Positions 40,990 through 49,957 of a DNA stretch of 59,140 nucleotides are shown in pieces. Below the pieces are notes generated by a model that saw nothing but the letters and a program-made list of their open reading frames with translations, was not told where the DNA came from and searched no databases. Both the position numbers and the translations under genes were made by a program. Position 1 is the stretch's first letter. Every line of letters starts with the position of its first letter. The stretch spans positions 1-59,140 of the forward strand of contig CADBTR010000073.1 of NCBI GenBank assembly GCA_902797675.1, written 5' to 3'. The DNA is from an uncultured Lachnospiraceae bacterium. Lineage in GTDB: Bacteria; Bacillota; Clostridia; Lachnospirales; Lachnospiraceae.

Positions 40990-42432
40990 CTACGCCAGCA
41001 CCATCAGATTTTCCACCTTCGTATCCTCAGTTCCCTGCATGGAACAACCTTTTTCCTTTGCATAAATGATATATTCGATTATTTCTCCCGTGATCATCTC
41101 CCCCGGCGCAAGGATCGGAATTCCCGGCGGATAGCACATCACAAGCTCTCCGCAGATGCAGCCTTCCGTCTGCCGGATAGGAAGTGATTTTTTCTCCGCA
41201 TAAAATGCTTCCTGAGGCGACCGTATCACCTTCGGATTGATGAACTCACCGGACAGCATTCCGGTGCTGTCTTTCCGGTAAAGCCTTGCAATATCCGCCA
41301 GCGCCCCCACAAGACGCTCAATATCCTGAATTCTGTCCCCGATGGAAATATAGGCAAGAATATTGCTCACATCTCCAAATTCAATCTGGATATCGTACTC
41401 ATCACGGAGAATATCATAGACTTCAATTCCCGCAAGTCCGATATCTCTTGTGTAAATCGATAATTTCGTCACATCAAAGTCATATACGCTGGTTCCGTTG
41501 ATCAATTCTTTTCCGTAAGCATAATATCCGCCGATCTCATTGATTTCATTTCTCGCATACTCCGCCATCTCCATCACATGACCGAAGGATTTTTCTCCCC
41601 GAAGCGCCAGATTTCTTCTGGAAATATCAAGGCTTGACAACAACAGATAGGAAGCGCTGGTGGTCTGGGTAAGATTGATGATCTGACGGATATAATCTTC
41701 GTTCACGCCCTGATTTAATAATAAAATCGAGCTTTGGGTCAGACTTCCCCCGGATTTATGCATGGAGATCGCCGACATATCCGCCCCCGCCTCCATGGCG
41801 CTGAGCGGCAGATCATCGCGAAAGGATAAGTGTGTTCCATGGGCCTCGTCCGCAAGCACTTTCATTCCATGGGCATGCGCCAGCTCCACGATGGCTTTCA
41901 GATCTGAACAGATTCCGTAATAGGTGGGATTATTCACCATAACCGCTACGGCATCCGGATTTTCTTCTATCACTTTCCTCACGCAATCCGTTTCCATTCC
42001 GAGAGAAATTCCCAACTTGGAATTCACTTCCGGATTGACATAGACAGGGATCGCTCCGCATAGAACCATAGCATTGATCGCGCTCTTATGAACATTTCTC
42101 GGAAGAATGATTTTATCTCCGCGCTTGCAGACCGATAAAATCATCGTCTGCACCGCCGATGTGGTACCGCCTACCATCAGAAAAGCATGCGCCGCGCCAA
42201 AAGCTTCGGCAGTCAGTTCCTCCGCATCACGGATGACCGAGATCGGATGGGAGAGATTGTCTAACGGTTTCATGGAATTCACATCGATTCCGACGCATTT
42301 TTCCCCTAGAAGTTCTACCAGCTCCGGATTTCCTCTTCCCCGTTTATGTCCCGGAACATCGAAAGGCACCACTCTCTGCCTGCGCAATTTTTCCAACGCC
42401 TCATAGATCGGCGCTCTTGTCTGATCTTTCAT
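40990..42432 (-). CDS. PLP-dependent (AAT-fold) Arg/Lys/Orn decarboxylase, probably arginine decarboxylase
   Basis: FDVPGHK, PRNVHKS, PTYYG, DEAHG, SMHKS, TTSASY, YPPGIP; first gene of the agmatine pathway operon. Confidence 0.9.
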   Translation of the reverse strand: MKDQTRAPIYEALEKLRRQRVVPFDVPGHKRGRGNPELVELLGEKCVGIDVNSMKPLDNLSHPISVIRDAEELTAEAFGAAHAFLMVGGTTSAVQTMILSVCKRGDKIILPRNVHKSAINAMVLCGAIPVYVNPEVNSKLGISLGMETDCVRKVIEENPDAVAVMVNNPTYYGICSDLKAIVELAHAHGMKVLADEAHGTHLSFRDDLPLSAMEAGADMSAISMHKSGGSLTQSSILLLNQGVNEDYIRQIINLTQTTSASYLLLSSLDISRRNLALRGEKSFGHVMEMAEYARNEINEIGGYYAYGKELINGTSVYDFDVTKLSIYTRDIGLAGIEVYDILRDEYDIQIEFGDVSNILAYISIGDRIQDIERLVGALADIARLYRKDSTGMLSGEFINPKVIRSPQEAFYAEKKSLPIRQTEGCICGELVMCYPPGIPILAPGEMITGEIIEYIIYAKEKGCSMQGTEDTKVENLMVLA

Positions 42433-42444
42433 CTGTCTACTTCC

Positions 42445-43149
42445 TTATTTATTTACCAAATCTTTTATCACTTCTGATGCAATGATCAATCCTGCCACCG
42501 ACGGCACAAATGCCGTGGAGCCGGGAATCCGCTTTCCTTCCCCGCCTTCTGTTTGCGCGGGCGTAAGCGGCGCTTCTTTGGAATATACCACCTTTAATCT
42601 TTCGACGCCCCGTTTCTTTAATTCCCGCCGCATCACTTTTGCCAGCGGACAAACGGAGGTTTCATAAATATCCGCCACTTCAAACCGGGCAGGATCCAGT
42701 TTATTCCCCGCACCCATACTGGAAATTACCGGAATATTCTTTTCCTGTGCCTGCATGATAAGAGAGAGCTTCCCTGTCACCGTATCGATGGCATCAACTA
42801 CATAATCATAATTCCCAAAATCAAACATTTCTTTCGTCTCCGGAAGATAAAAACACCGATAGGTTGTAACTTTGCAATCCGGATTGATGTCCCGGATCCG
42901 TTCTTCCATCACATCCACCTTGTATTTTCCGACAGTTTTATATGTAGCGATGATCTGCCGGTTTAAATTCGAGACAGCAACGGTATCATGATCGATGAGA
43001 TCAATCGCTCCGACTCCGCTACGCGCTAAGGCTTCCGTCACATATCCGCCCACGCCACCGATCCCAAAGACCGCAACTCTCGATTTTTCCAGCCGTTCCA
43101 TAGCCCTGTCGCCCAAAAGCATCCATGTACGGGAAAACTGCTCTTTCAT
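42445..43149 (-). CDS. tcdA: tRNA threonylcarbamoyladenosine dehydratase (ThiF family)
   Basis: FSRT, GIGGVGG..EALARSGVG, SNLNRQ, SSMGAGNKLDP, CPLAKVMR, VVYSKE. Confidence 0.9.
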   Translation of the reverse strand: MKEQFSRTWMLLGDRAMERLEKSRVAVFGIGGVGGYVTEALARSGVGAIDLIDHDTVAVSNLNRQIIATYKTVGKYKVDVMEERIRDINPDCKVTTYRCFYLPETKEMFDFGNYDYVVDAIDTVTGKLSLIMQAQEKNIPVISSMGAGNKLDPARFEVADIYETSVCPLAKVMRRELKKRGVERLKVVYSKEAPLTPAQTEGGEGKRIPGSTAFVPSVAGLIIASEVIKDLVNK

Positions 43150-43252
43150 CCTTTGTCTGACCCTTTCTGCACTCATCTTGCACTATAATTATTTATGAAA
43201 CTAATCATAGCTTAAAACAGTGAAAAAAGCAACCGTATTTTTTGTGGAAAAC

Positions 43253-43281
43253 TTGACATTTATGCAAAAAAACTGTATGAT
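43253..43281 (+). promoter_or_regulatory. Sigma-A promoter of nadA-thiF
   Basis: TTGACA-17 nt-TATGAT. Confidence 0.7.
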
Positions 43282-43361
43282 GAAACCTGTTTATACTATA
43301 TTGGCATCCGATCGAACTTAGTCAGATAATAAACTTTATTTACCAGTGGAGGAGTTACATT

Positions 43362-44276
43362 ATGGATATTAATGATTTACAAGAGAAAATTCTTGATTTA
43401 AAGAAGAAAAATGACGTCTGTATTCTGGCGCACAGCTATCAGAATAAGGCGATTACGGAAATTGCCGACTTTACCGGTGATTCCTTTCAATTAAGCGTGA
43501 TGGCTGAGAAAGCGTCTCAAAAAAATATTGTTATGTGCGGCGTGCGCTTTATGGCGGAAACGGTGAAACTGCTTTCCCCGGAGAAAAAAGTGCTGTTAGC
43601 AAATCCTGACGCCGGATGTCCGATGGCGGATCAGATGGATCGGGACATGATCAATATGATCAAGACGGAATATCCGAATTATACGGTTGTTGCCTATATC
43701 AACACAACCGCAGAATTAAAAACAGTCTGTGATATCTGCGTCACTTCCTCCTCTGCGGTCAAGATCGTAAAAGCTCTTCCAAATAAAGATATTTTATTTA
43801 TTCCGGATTGCAATTTAGGTGATTATGTAGCAAAACAGGTTCCGGAAAAGAATTTGAAACTTTTGCAGGGCGGATGTCCTATCCACGGAAAAGTGACGGA
43901 AAAAGACGTGCTGGAAGCAAAGAAGCTTCACCCGAACGCTTTTATCATGGCTCATCCGGAATGTAAACCGGAAGTATTAAAACATGCGAATTTCATCGGT
44001 TCGACTTCCGCCATTTTAAACAGAGCCATCGAAGGCGGCGAGCAGGAATATATCATCGGAACGGAATTAAGCATTGCAGAGCATCTGTCTTTCTGCTGCC
44101 CGGATAAGAAATTTTATATGCTGTCCAAGCATTTGATCTGCGACGACATGAAAGCCACCACGTTAATGGATGTCTATCGCGCGGTAGCAGGCGAGGGCGG
44201 AGAAGAAATTATCCTCGACGAGGATACGATGCGCGACGCAAGAAAATGTATTGATAAAATGATCGAGTTAGGTTAA
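43362..44276 (+). CDS. nadA: Quinolinate synthase
   Basis: ILAHSYQ, GDSF, CGVRFMAET, AGCPMA, YINT, TSSSA, CPIH, HPEC. Confidence 0.95.
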   Translation: MDINDLQEKILDLKKKNDVCILAHSYQNKAITEIADFTGDSFQLSVMAEKASQKNIVMCGVRFMAETVKLLSPEKKVLLANPDAGCPMADQMDRDMINMIKTEYPNYTVVAYINTTAELKTVCDICVTSSSAVKIVKALPNKDILFIPDCNLGDYVAKQVPEKNLKLLQGGCPIHGKVTEKDVLEAKKLHPNAFIMAHPECKPEVLKHANFIGSTSAILNRAIEGGEQEYIIGTELSIAEHLSFCCPDKKFYMLSKHLICDDMKATTLMDVYRAVAGEGGEEIILDEDTMRDARKCIDKMIELG

Positions 44277-44292
44277 TTCATCAGGAGCTATT

Positions 44293-45090
44293 ATGTATTT
44301 TTCGGAAGAACAGAAAGAGCGATATGCCAGACATTTTGTATTAAAAGAATTCGGCGAAGCAGGACAGAAAAAATTACACAAATCTAAGGTTCTTGTGATC
44401 GGTGCAGGTGGGCTTGGCTCCCCTGCACTTCTCTATCTTGCCGCCGCGGGAGTGGGAACTCTGGGAATCATCGATTACGATACCGTATCCATGTCTAATC
44501 TGCAACGACAGATCATTCATAAAAACCAGTCGTTGGATATCCCGAAAACAGAATCCGCCCGCAGAGAAATCCTTGCATTAAATCCGGATGTCCGGGTGAA
44601 TCTGCACGATATTTTTTTAACTCCCGATAATATCCTGCCGCTTTTAAAAGATTATGATTTCATTTTAGATTGTACCGACCGCTTTGAGATCAAATTCCTG
44701 ATCAATGACGCCTGTGTCCTTGCAAAGAAACCTTTCTGTCACGCCGGCGTCGTCCGTTTCGGCGGTCAGGTCATGACTTATGTTCCGGAACAGGGTCCTT
44801 GCCTTCGCTGTCTTTTGGGCGAGGTTCCAAAGAACGCCGCCACCTGCAAGGAGGTGGGCGTCTTAGGCGCCGCAGTCGGCGTAATCGGCAGTATTCAGGC
44901 ATTGGAAGCGATCAAATACCTCACCGGTACAGGCGAGCTGTTGACGGGAAGAATCTTGAACTTTGACGGGCTTGGCATGAATTTTCGCATATCAAAATTC
45001 CCCGCAGCCGACAAGGAATGCCGGGTATGCGGGGAACATGGAGACATCCGGGATCTGACCCGGAACCGGAACGACTATACGCCATCGTAA
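44293..45090 (+). CDS. ThiF/MoeB/HesA-family adenylyltransferase
   Basis: ERYARH, GAGGLGSP, SNLQRQ, PCLRC, TCKEVGV, ECRVC. Confidence 0.92.
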   Translation: MYFSEEQKERYARHFVLKEFGEAGQKKLHKSKVLVIGAGGLGSPALLYLAAAGVGTLGIIDYDTVSMSNLQRQIIHKNQSLDIPKTESARREILALNPDVRVNLHDIFLTPDNILPLLKDYDFILDCTDRFEIKFLINDACVLAKKPFCHAGVVRFGGQVMTYVPEQGPCLRCLLGEVPKNAATCKEVGVLGAAVGVIGSIQALEAIKYLTGTGELLTGRILNFDGLGMNFRISKFPAADKECRVCGEHGDIRDLTRNRNDYTPS

Positions 45091-45938
45091 TCATCCAGAA
45101 AATGATGGACTTGTCCTTTTTTCTTATATGCGATCACCGTATCGAGACAAACATTTTCCACACTGCGGAAAATGTTTTTTTCGATATAGGGACTTTTTTT
45201 ACTGAGTTCCCGGATCAGTTCCTTGATCTCAAGACGTTTGGAATTCTGCTCTTCTGCCCCCTGTTTTTCCAGCATTTCCGTAAACCGGCAGGCACAGCGC
45301 AGGAATTTTAATTCATTATAATTTCTCCAATGAATAATATCCTCCTCGCGGATCAGATACATGGGACGAATCAATTCCATCCCCTCAAAATTTGTGCTGT
45401 GCAATTTCGGCATCATGGTCTGAATCTGCGCTCCATAAAGCATTCCCATTAAAATAGTCTCGATCACATCGTCAAAATGATGTCCGAGAGCGATCTTATT
45501 GCATCCCAGTTCCTGCGCTTTGGAATACAGATATCCCCGCCTCATTCTGGCGCAAAGATAACAGGGCGAATTTCCCACATCCTTTACCGCATCAAATATT
45601 TCCGAACAAAAAACTGTCACCGGCACCTGCAATAATTTTGCATTACTTAAGATTAACTGATAGTTTTCCTCATTGTATCCCGGATTCATCACGAGATATT
45701 TCACTTCAAAATTTTTCTTGCCATGCCGTTCCAATTCCTGAAATAATTTCGCCATCAGCATGGAATCCTTTCCTCCGGAGATACATACGGCGATCTTATC
45801 TCCGTCCCTGATCAATTCGTATTGATTGATCGCCTTTGTAAATTTTGTCCAAATCTCCTTGCGGTACTTCTTTACGATACTGCGCTCGATATCCCTGCAA
45901 CGCTGATCCTGCTTTGAGAGCAACTCTTTTTTTGACAT
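45075..45938 (-). CDS. ttcA: TtcA-family tRNA thiolase (PP-loop ATPase)
   Basis: SGGKDS, PCYLCARMRRG, ALGHHFDD, IRP, CAC. Confidence 0.85.
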   Translation of the reverse strand: MSKKELLSKQDQRCRDIERSIVKKYRKEIWTKFTKAINQYELIRDGDKIAVCISGGKDSMLMAKLFQELERHGKKNFEVKYLVMNPGYNEENYQLILSNAKLLQVPVTVFCSEIFDAVKDVGNSPCYLCARMRRGYLYSKAQELGCNKIALGHHFDDVIETILMGMLYGAQIQTMMPKLHSTNFEGMELIRPMYLIREEDIIHWRNYNELKFLRCACRFTEMLEKQGAEEQNSKRLEIKELIRELSKKSPYIEKNIFRSVENVCLDTVIAYKKKGQVHHFLDDYDGV

Positions 45939-45950
45939 GATTAACCTCTT

Positions 45951-46316
45951 TCATGAGCTGTATGATTTTCTATCCTCTGCCACCAGTAAAGGTGAGGCAG
46001 ATTCCATGGAATATTTGGCGGAAGAAGTCTCTGTCGGTTCTATCCTGTAATCATCATCCCGCAGCGGAATGATATCTTCTAAAATCATCCTTCTCAAATC
46101 TTTCTTCATAGCCTGATTATATTTAAATTTCGGTAAATCTCCGTTTCTATCTTTATAGGCAGCATAATCTGACGAATCCTTGATATTATTAAGTCCGGGG
46201 ATTTCCCCGGAATCCCGCTTCATTCTCTGAGCTGCATACATGACGGCTGATTCAGGAACGCACCAGTGTTTTGAAAAATCTTTCACGACATTATGGATTG
46301 CCTCTTCTCTCATTTC
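45951..46316 (-). pseudogene. Probable C-terminal remnant of a type I restriction subunit R (HsdR), cut off by repeat copy 4
   Basis: FSKHWCV..EIPGLNNIKDSSDYAAYK..LPKFKY..ILEDIIPL recalls the extreme C-terminus of Firmicute HsdR proteins (from memory, not searched). The first ~25 aa of the track ORF are repeat-derived. Confidence 0.5.
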
Positions 46317-46454
46317 TTGAATGTCGCATGGCTTTAGCCCTGCGACCTGCTTGCTGGAGGCGGCAGCACTTCCCGTAGGTCGGAGATTCAAATAAGTTTC
46401 CTTTCTTTACTCCCCACCTATAGAGGTGGGAGATTGAATCGGAGTGCCGTTCAA
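46317..46454 (+). repeat. Dispersed palindromic repeat, copy 4 (most complete, modules A-B-C-D, 138 bp, TTGAA...TTCAA ends)
   Basis: Contains the A module shared with 20448/28113/59051, gtaggtcggagattcaa shared with 59109, and the 59-bp block shared with 33235. Confidence 0.93.
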
Positions 46455-47386
46455 TCCTGAAACATTGATGTCGACAGATAACGGTCACCGGAATCCGGCA
46501 GCAATACGACAATATTTTTTCCTTTATTTTCCGGTCTCTTTGCAAGAATCAAGGCTGCCTTTAACGCTGCTCCCGAAGAGATTCCCACAAGAATTCCCTC
46601 CGTCACCGCAAAAGATTTTCCCTCCGAAAATGCATCTTCATTCTCTATGGTAATGATCTCATCATATATTCCGGTATCTAAAACCTTAGGAACAAAATTC
46701 GCTCCGATTCCCTGAATTCCGTGAGGACCTGCCGTTCCTTTCGACAATACGGGACTGGATGCCGGTTCCACTGCCACGACCTGAACAGACGGATTTTTTT
46801 CTTTCAGATATTGCCCCACGCCTGTAAGCGTTCCTCCGGTTCCTACTCCTGCCACAAAGATATCCACCTTTCCGTCTGTCTGCTCCCAGATTTCCGGTCC
46901 TGTTGTGGCTTTGTGAGCAGCCGGATTTGCCGGATTGTCGAATTGTCCCAGAATCACCGAACCTTCGATTGTCCTGTTTAATTCCTCAGCTTTTTCTATG
47001 GCTCCGCTCATTCCCTTACTGCCCTCGGTGAGAACCAGCTCCGCTCCGTATGCTTTCAACAATGTTCTCCGCTCCACACTCATGGTTTCCGGAAGCGTCA
47101 GAATTGTCCGATATCCCTTCGCCGCAGCCACAGCCGCAAGACCAATCCCCGTATTTCCGGATGTAGGCTCAATAATCGTTGCGCCCGGTTTCAACAATCC
47201 CTTTTTCTCCGCATCTTCGATCATCGCCAACGCCACACGGTCTTTGACAGAGCCTGCCGGATTCAAATACTCCATTTTTGCAAGAATTACCGCATCCTCT
47301 ACCTGATTTTTTTTCATATAATTATTTAATTGCAGCATTGGTGTATTTCCGATCATTTCTGATGCGCTTTGTTTAATATCTAACAT
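46451..47386 (-). CDS. cysK: Cysteine synthase A
   Basis: [52 protein letters not shown]. Confidence 0.96.
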   Translation of the reverse strand: MLDIKQSASEMIGNTPMLQLNNYMKKNQVEDAVILAKMEYLNPAGSVKDRVALAMIEDAEKKGLLKPGATIIEPTSGNTGIGLAAVAAAKGYRTILTLPETMSVERRTLLKAYGAELVLTEGSKGMSGAIEKAEELNRTIEGSVILGQFDNPANPAAHKATTGPEIWEQTDGKVDIFVAGVGTGGTLTGVGQYLKEKNPSVQVVAVEPASSPVLSKGTAGPHGIQGIGANFVPKVLDTGIYDEIITIENEDAFSEGKSFAVTEGILVGISSGAALKAALILAKRPENKGKNIVVLLPDSGDRYLSTSMFQD

Positions 47387-47961
47387 TTTTTTCTATCTCC
47401 TTTTCCAAAAATAATTTTTTTGCACCAATCAGGAACATCATCATCAATCACGATCCATCTCTTATCTTTATAAATTGCTATTGTTCTAAAAGATTTTGAA
47501 TTATCAAATAATTCTATCCTATCGCAGTATCGGATAATCTTCTCTAATTGTAAAAATGAATTTTCATATCTTTTCCTTATGTCTTGCTCAGGAATTCCAT
47601 GTCCTCCATTATTAACTCTGATTTTTACCCTTTCTACCGCCAACTCAGCTGAATCAAGTCCCACATAATATAATTCAATACAATATCCAAGTCTCTTTGC
47701 TTTTTCTATATTTTTTATAATACTGTTTCCACAAAGAGTGGTCTCTTGATTAAATGATACCCTATTTTCAAAATATTCTTTAATTTTATTAACTGCTTCT
47801 CTTCCGGCTATTGAAACATCCCTGCTATTGTCCCATCTTCCAATTCTTCTCACTATTTCATCAACATTCACTCGTTTCATACTCAAAATTTTGGGATTTG
47901 ATTGATACAATGTCGTTTTACCTGCACCATTAACTCCTGCAAATATCACATATTTAGGCAT
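47380..47961 (-). CDS. Zeta-toxin-like P-loop ATPase/kinase
   Basis: [37 protein letters not shown]; strongly AT-rich. Confidence 0.82.
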   Translation of the reverse strand: MPKYVIFAGVNGAGKTTLYQSNPKILSMKRVNVDEIVRRIGRWDNSRDVSIAGREAVNKIKEYFENRVSFNQETTLCGNSIIKNIEKAKRLGYCIELYYVGLDSAELAVERVKIRVNNGGHGIPEQDIRKRYENSFLQLEKIIRYCDRIELFDNSKSFRTIAIYKDKRWIVIDDDVPDWCKKIIFGKGDRKKC

Positions 47962-47964
47962 AAT

Positions 47965-48144
47965 TCAAAACCTCTTCTCTTTAATAGCCTTTTTTTGTTT
48001 TACCTGTAAAACAAAATCTGTTACCACCTTTATAAATCTCTTCTCATCTTCTGTTTTTGCATTTTCAATCAAATCAAAAAAATCATCAAATTCAATATCA
48101 GTACATTCATTATACAACTGATGTAAAACTTCAGATTTTGACAT
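47965..48144 (-). CDS. Small hypothetical protein (59 aa), candidate partner of the zeta-like protein
   Basis: RBS gaaaggaag upstream of ATG 48144; stop 3 nt before the zeta-like start; same AT-rich composition. Confidence 0.7.
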   Translation of the reverse strand: MSKSEVLHQLYNECTDIEFDDFFDLIENAKTEDEKRFIKVVTDFVLQVKQKKAIKEKRF

Positions 48145-48174
48145 ATTTTCACTTCCTTTCAAAAGTTTTATCAT

Positions 48175-49170
48175 CTACGGCAGCATTTCTTTCTCCCACA
48201 TTCTTATGGTGCGGATTCCCGAACGGTCAGCCGCTGCCTCCAGTTTTCCGATCTCGTCTTCTGTGAGCCGGATCTTCACTGCATTGTCAAGTTCCTCCAC
48301 CTGGGAAATTTTCGTCACGCCAATGATCGGTACCGTTCCTTTTGCGATTGCCCAGGCGATCATGATTTCCGCCACTGTCGCCCGATATCTTTCGGCAATT
48401 TCTCCCGTCACCTGATTTAATTGCGCAAACCTTGATAAAATCTTATTATAATTCTTCGCCCTCGAAGTTCCCTCCAAAAACGGATGTTCCGGATCGAATC
48501 TCCCGGTCAATGCTCCCTGTTCCAGTACCATATAAGCATAAAAAGTCATCTTATTTTGTTTGCAATAATCCAATATTCCTGAAGTTTCCGATGAACGGCA
48601 GACAATGCTGTAATGATTCTGGATTGCCTTCGCCTGCAGTCCTTCTTCCGCCAAAATCTCCTGTGCCCTTTTTATTTCCGCAAGATTAAAATTAGAAAGA
48701 CCGATTTCACCGATCTTTCCCTGCTTTGCCAAAGGAATGATCTGTCTGACCCACGTTTCCATACCCACCGGATTGTGGATCCAATAGGTATCAATGTAAG
48801 AAACACCAAGCAGGTCACAGCTCTCCTCAAACATTGCCTCCACGCTGTTTTCCTTCTTCCGGTCTGCGTGCTGCGGCGTGAATTTTGCAGAGATTCGGTA
48901 GGAATTTCTCTGTTTTTCCCGCAAAAAGCTCCCAAGTATCCTCTCGGAAGTTCCCATCCCGTACACAAAGGCGGTATCCCAGAGAATAAAATTCCGCCCC
49001 ATCGCCTCCTCAAATACAGGCTTCAGATTCTGCGGTGTATAATTGCCTCCGAAAGTATTGTCATTCCCCCATGCCCAGGCTCCCAGTGCAACCGGCGGGA
49101 AATTCGGGGTTCCTTGTAATAGCTGTGTATGATCCATGTCTTTCATCGTCTCCCCCTTTCTGTCCGACAT
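48175..49170 (-). CDS. Aldo/keto reductase
   Basis: ALGAWAWG, WDTAFVYG, IDTYWIH, IGLSNF, IQNHYS, PIIG. Confidence 0.92.
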   Translation of the reverse strand: MSDRKGETMKDMDHTQLLQGTPNFPPVALGAWAWGNDNTFGGNYTPQNLKPVFEEAMGRNFILWDTAFVYGMGTSERILGSFLREKQRNSYRISAKFTPQHADRKKENSVEAMFEESCDLLGVSYIDTYWIHNPVGMETWVRQIIPLAKQGKIGEIGLSNFNLAEIKRAQEILAEEGLQAKAIQNHYSIVCRSSETSGILDYCKQNKMTFYAYMVLEQGALTGRFDPEHPFLEGTSRAKNYNKILSRFAQLNQVTGEIAERYRATVAEIMIAWAIAKGTVPIIGVTKISQVEELDNAVKIRLTEDEIGKLEAAADRSGIRTIRMWEKEMLP

Positions 49171-49225
49171 CTCTTTTCCATACCGCTATTATATAGATTC
49201 CTGTGAGAATTTGCAAGGCATGCAG

Positions 49226-49957
49226 TTAAAAATCTTCTCTTATCTCTTTGATGTTTTCCTCCACCTTCAACATCCGGTATCCCACGCCTACATGTGTCTG
49301 AATATACTTCGGAGCATCCGGACCCGACTCTATTTTTTTACGCAAGGTCGCCATAAATACCCGAAGGGACGCCACATCTCCATCCCAGCTGCTTCCCCAG
49401 ACATTTTTCGTGATATAGGTATGTGTCAGCACGCGCCCGATATTTTTCGCCAGTAAACACAATAATTTATACTCCATTGGCGTCAGATGCAATTCTTCTC
49501 CGTTTAAGAAAGCGCAGCCCGACACATAATCAATCTTTAATCCGCCGTTTTCAAATACCGACTGGTTTGCGGACAATTCCGATTTCATCGCCTCACTATG
49601 GCGCAATGCCACGCGCAATCTCGCAAGCAATTCCTCCACGGAAAAAGGTTTCGTGAGATAATCATCCGCTCCGCTGTCCAACGCCTCAATTTTATCGCTG
49701 TCCTCACTTCTGGCGCTGATGACAATGATCGGGGTTTCCGACCATGTCCGGATTTTTTTGATCACCTCAATTCCGTCAAGATCCGGAAGACCAAGATCCA
49801 GCAGAATCACATCCGGATTATATGTGGAGGCTTCCATCAGGGCACTTTCCCCGTTTACCGCCGCCAAATATTTATAATCATGGGTTTTTAATGTTGTGGT
49901 AATCAGATTTCTGACCGGAGCGTCATCTTCCACCACAAGAATTACCATTTTATTCAT
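49226..49957 (-). CDS. kdpE: KdpE-like OmpR-family response regulator
   Basis: VEDD, LLDLGLPDLDG, ALDSGADDYLTKPF, LRVFMATLRKKIE, THVGVGYR. Confidence 0.88.
   Translation of the reverse strand: MNKMVILVVEDDAPVRNLITTTLKTHDYKYLAAVNGESALMEASTYNPDVILLDLGLPDLDGIEVIKKIRTWSETPIIVISARSEDSDKIEALDSGADDYLTKPFSVEELLARLRVALRHSEAMKSELSANQSVFENGGLKIDYVSGCAFLNGEELHLTPMEYKLLCLLAKNIGRVLTHTYITKNVWGSSWDGDVASLRVFMATLRKKIESGPDAPKYIQTHVGVGYRMLKVEENIKEIREDF

Noticed and set aside
46321-46382. Module A as a self-cleaving ribozyme (HDV-like or hammerhead) or TnpB omega-RNA
   Set aside because: Could not fit the HDV nested pseudoknot or the CUGAnGA/GAAA core by eye, and no tnpB/iscB is adjacent. Needs cmsearch to exclude fully.
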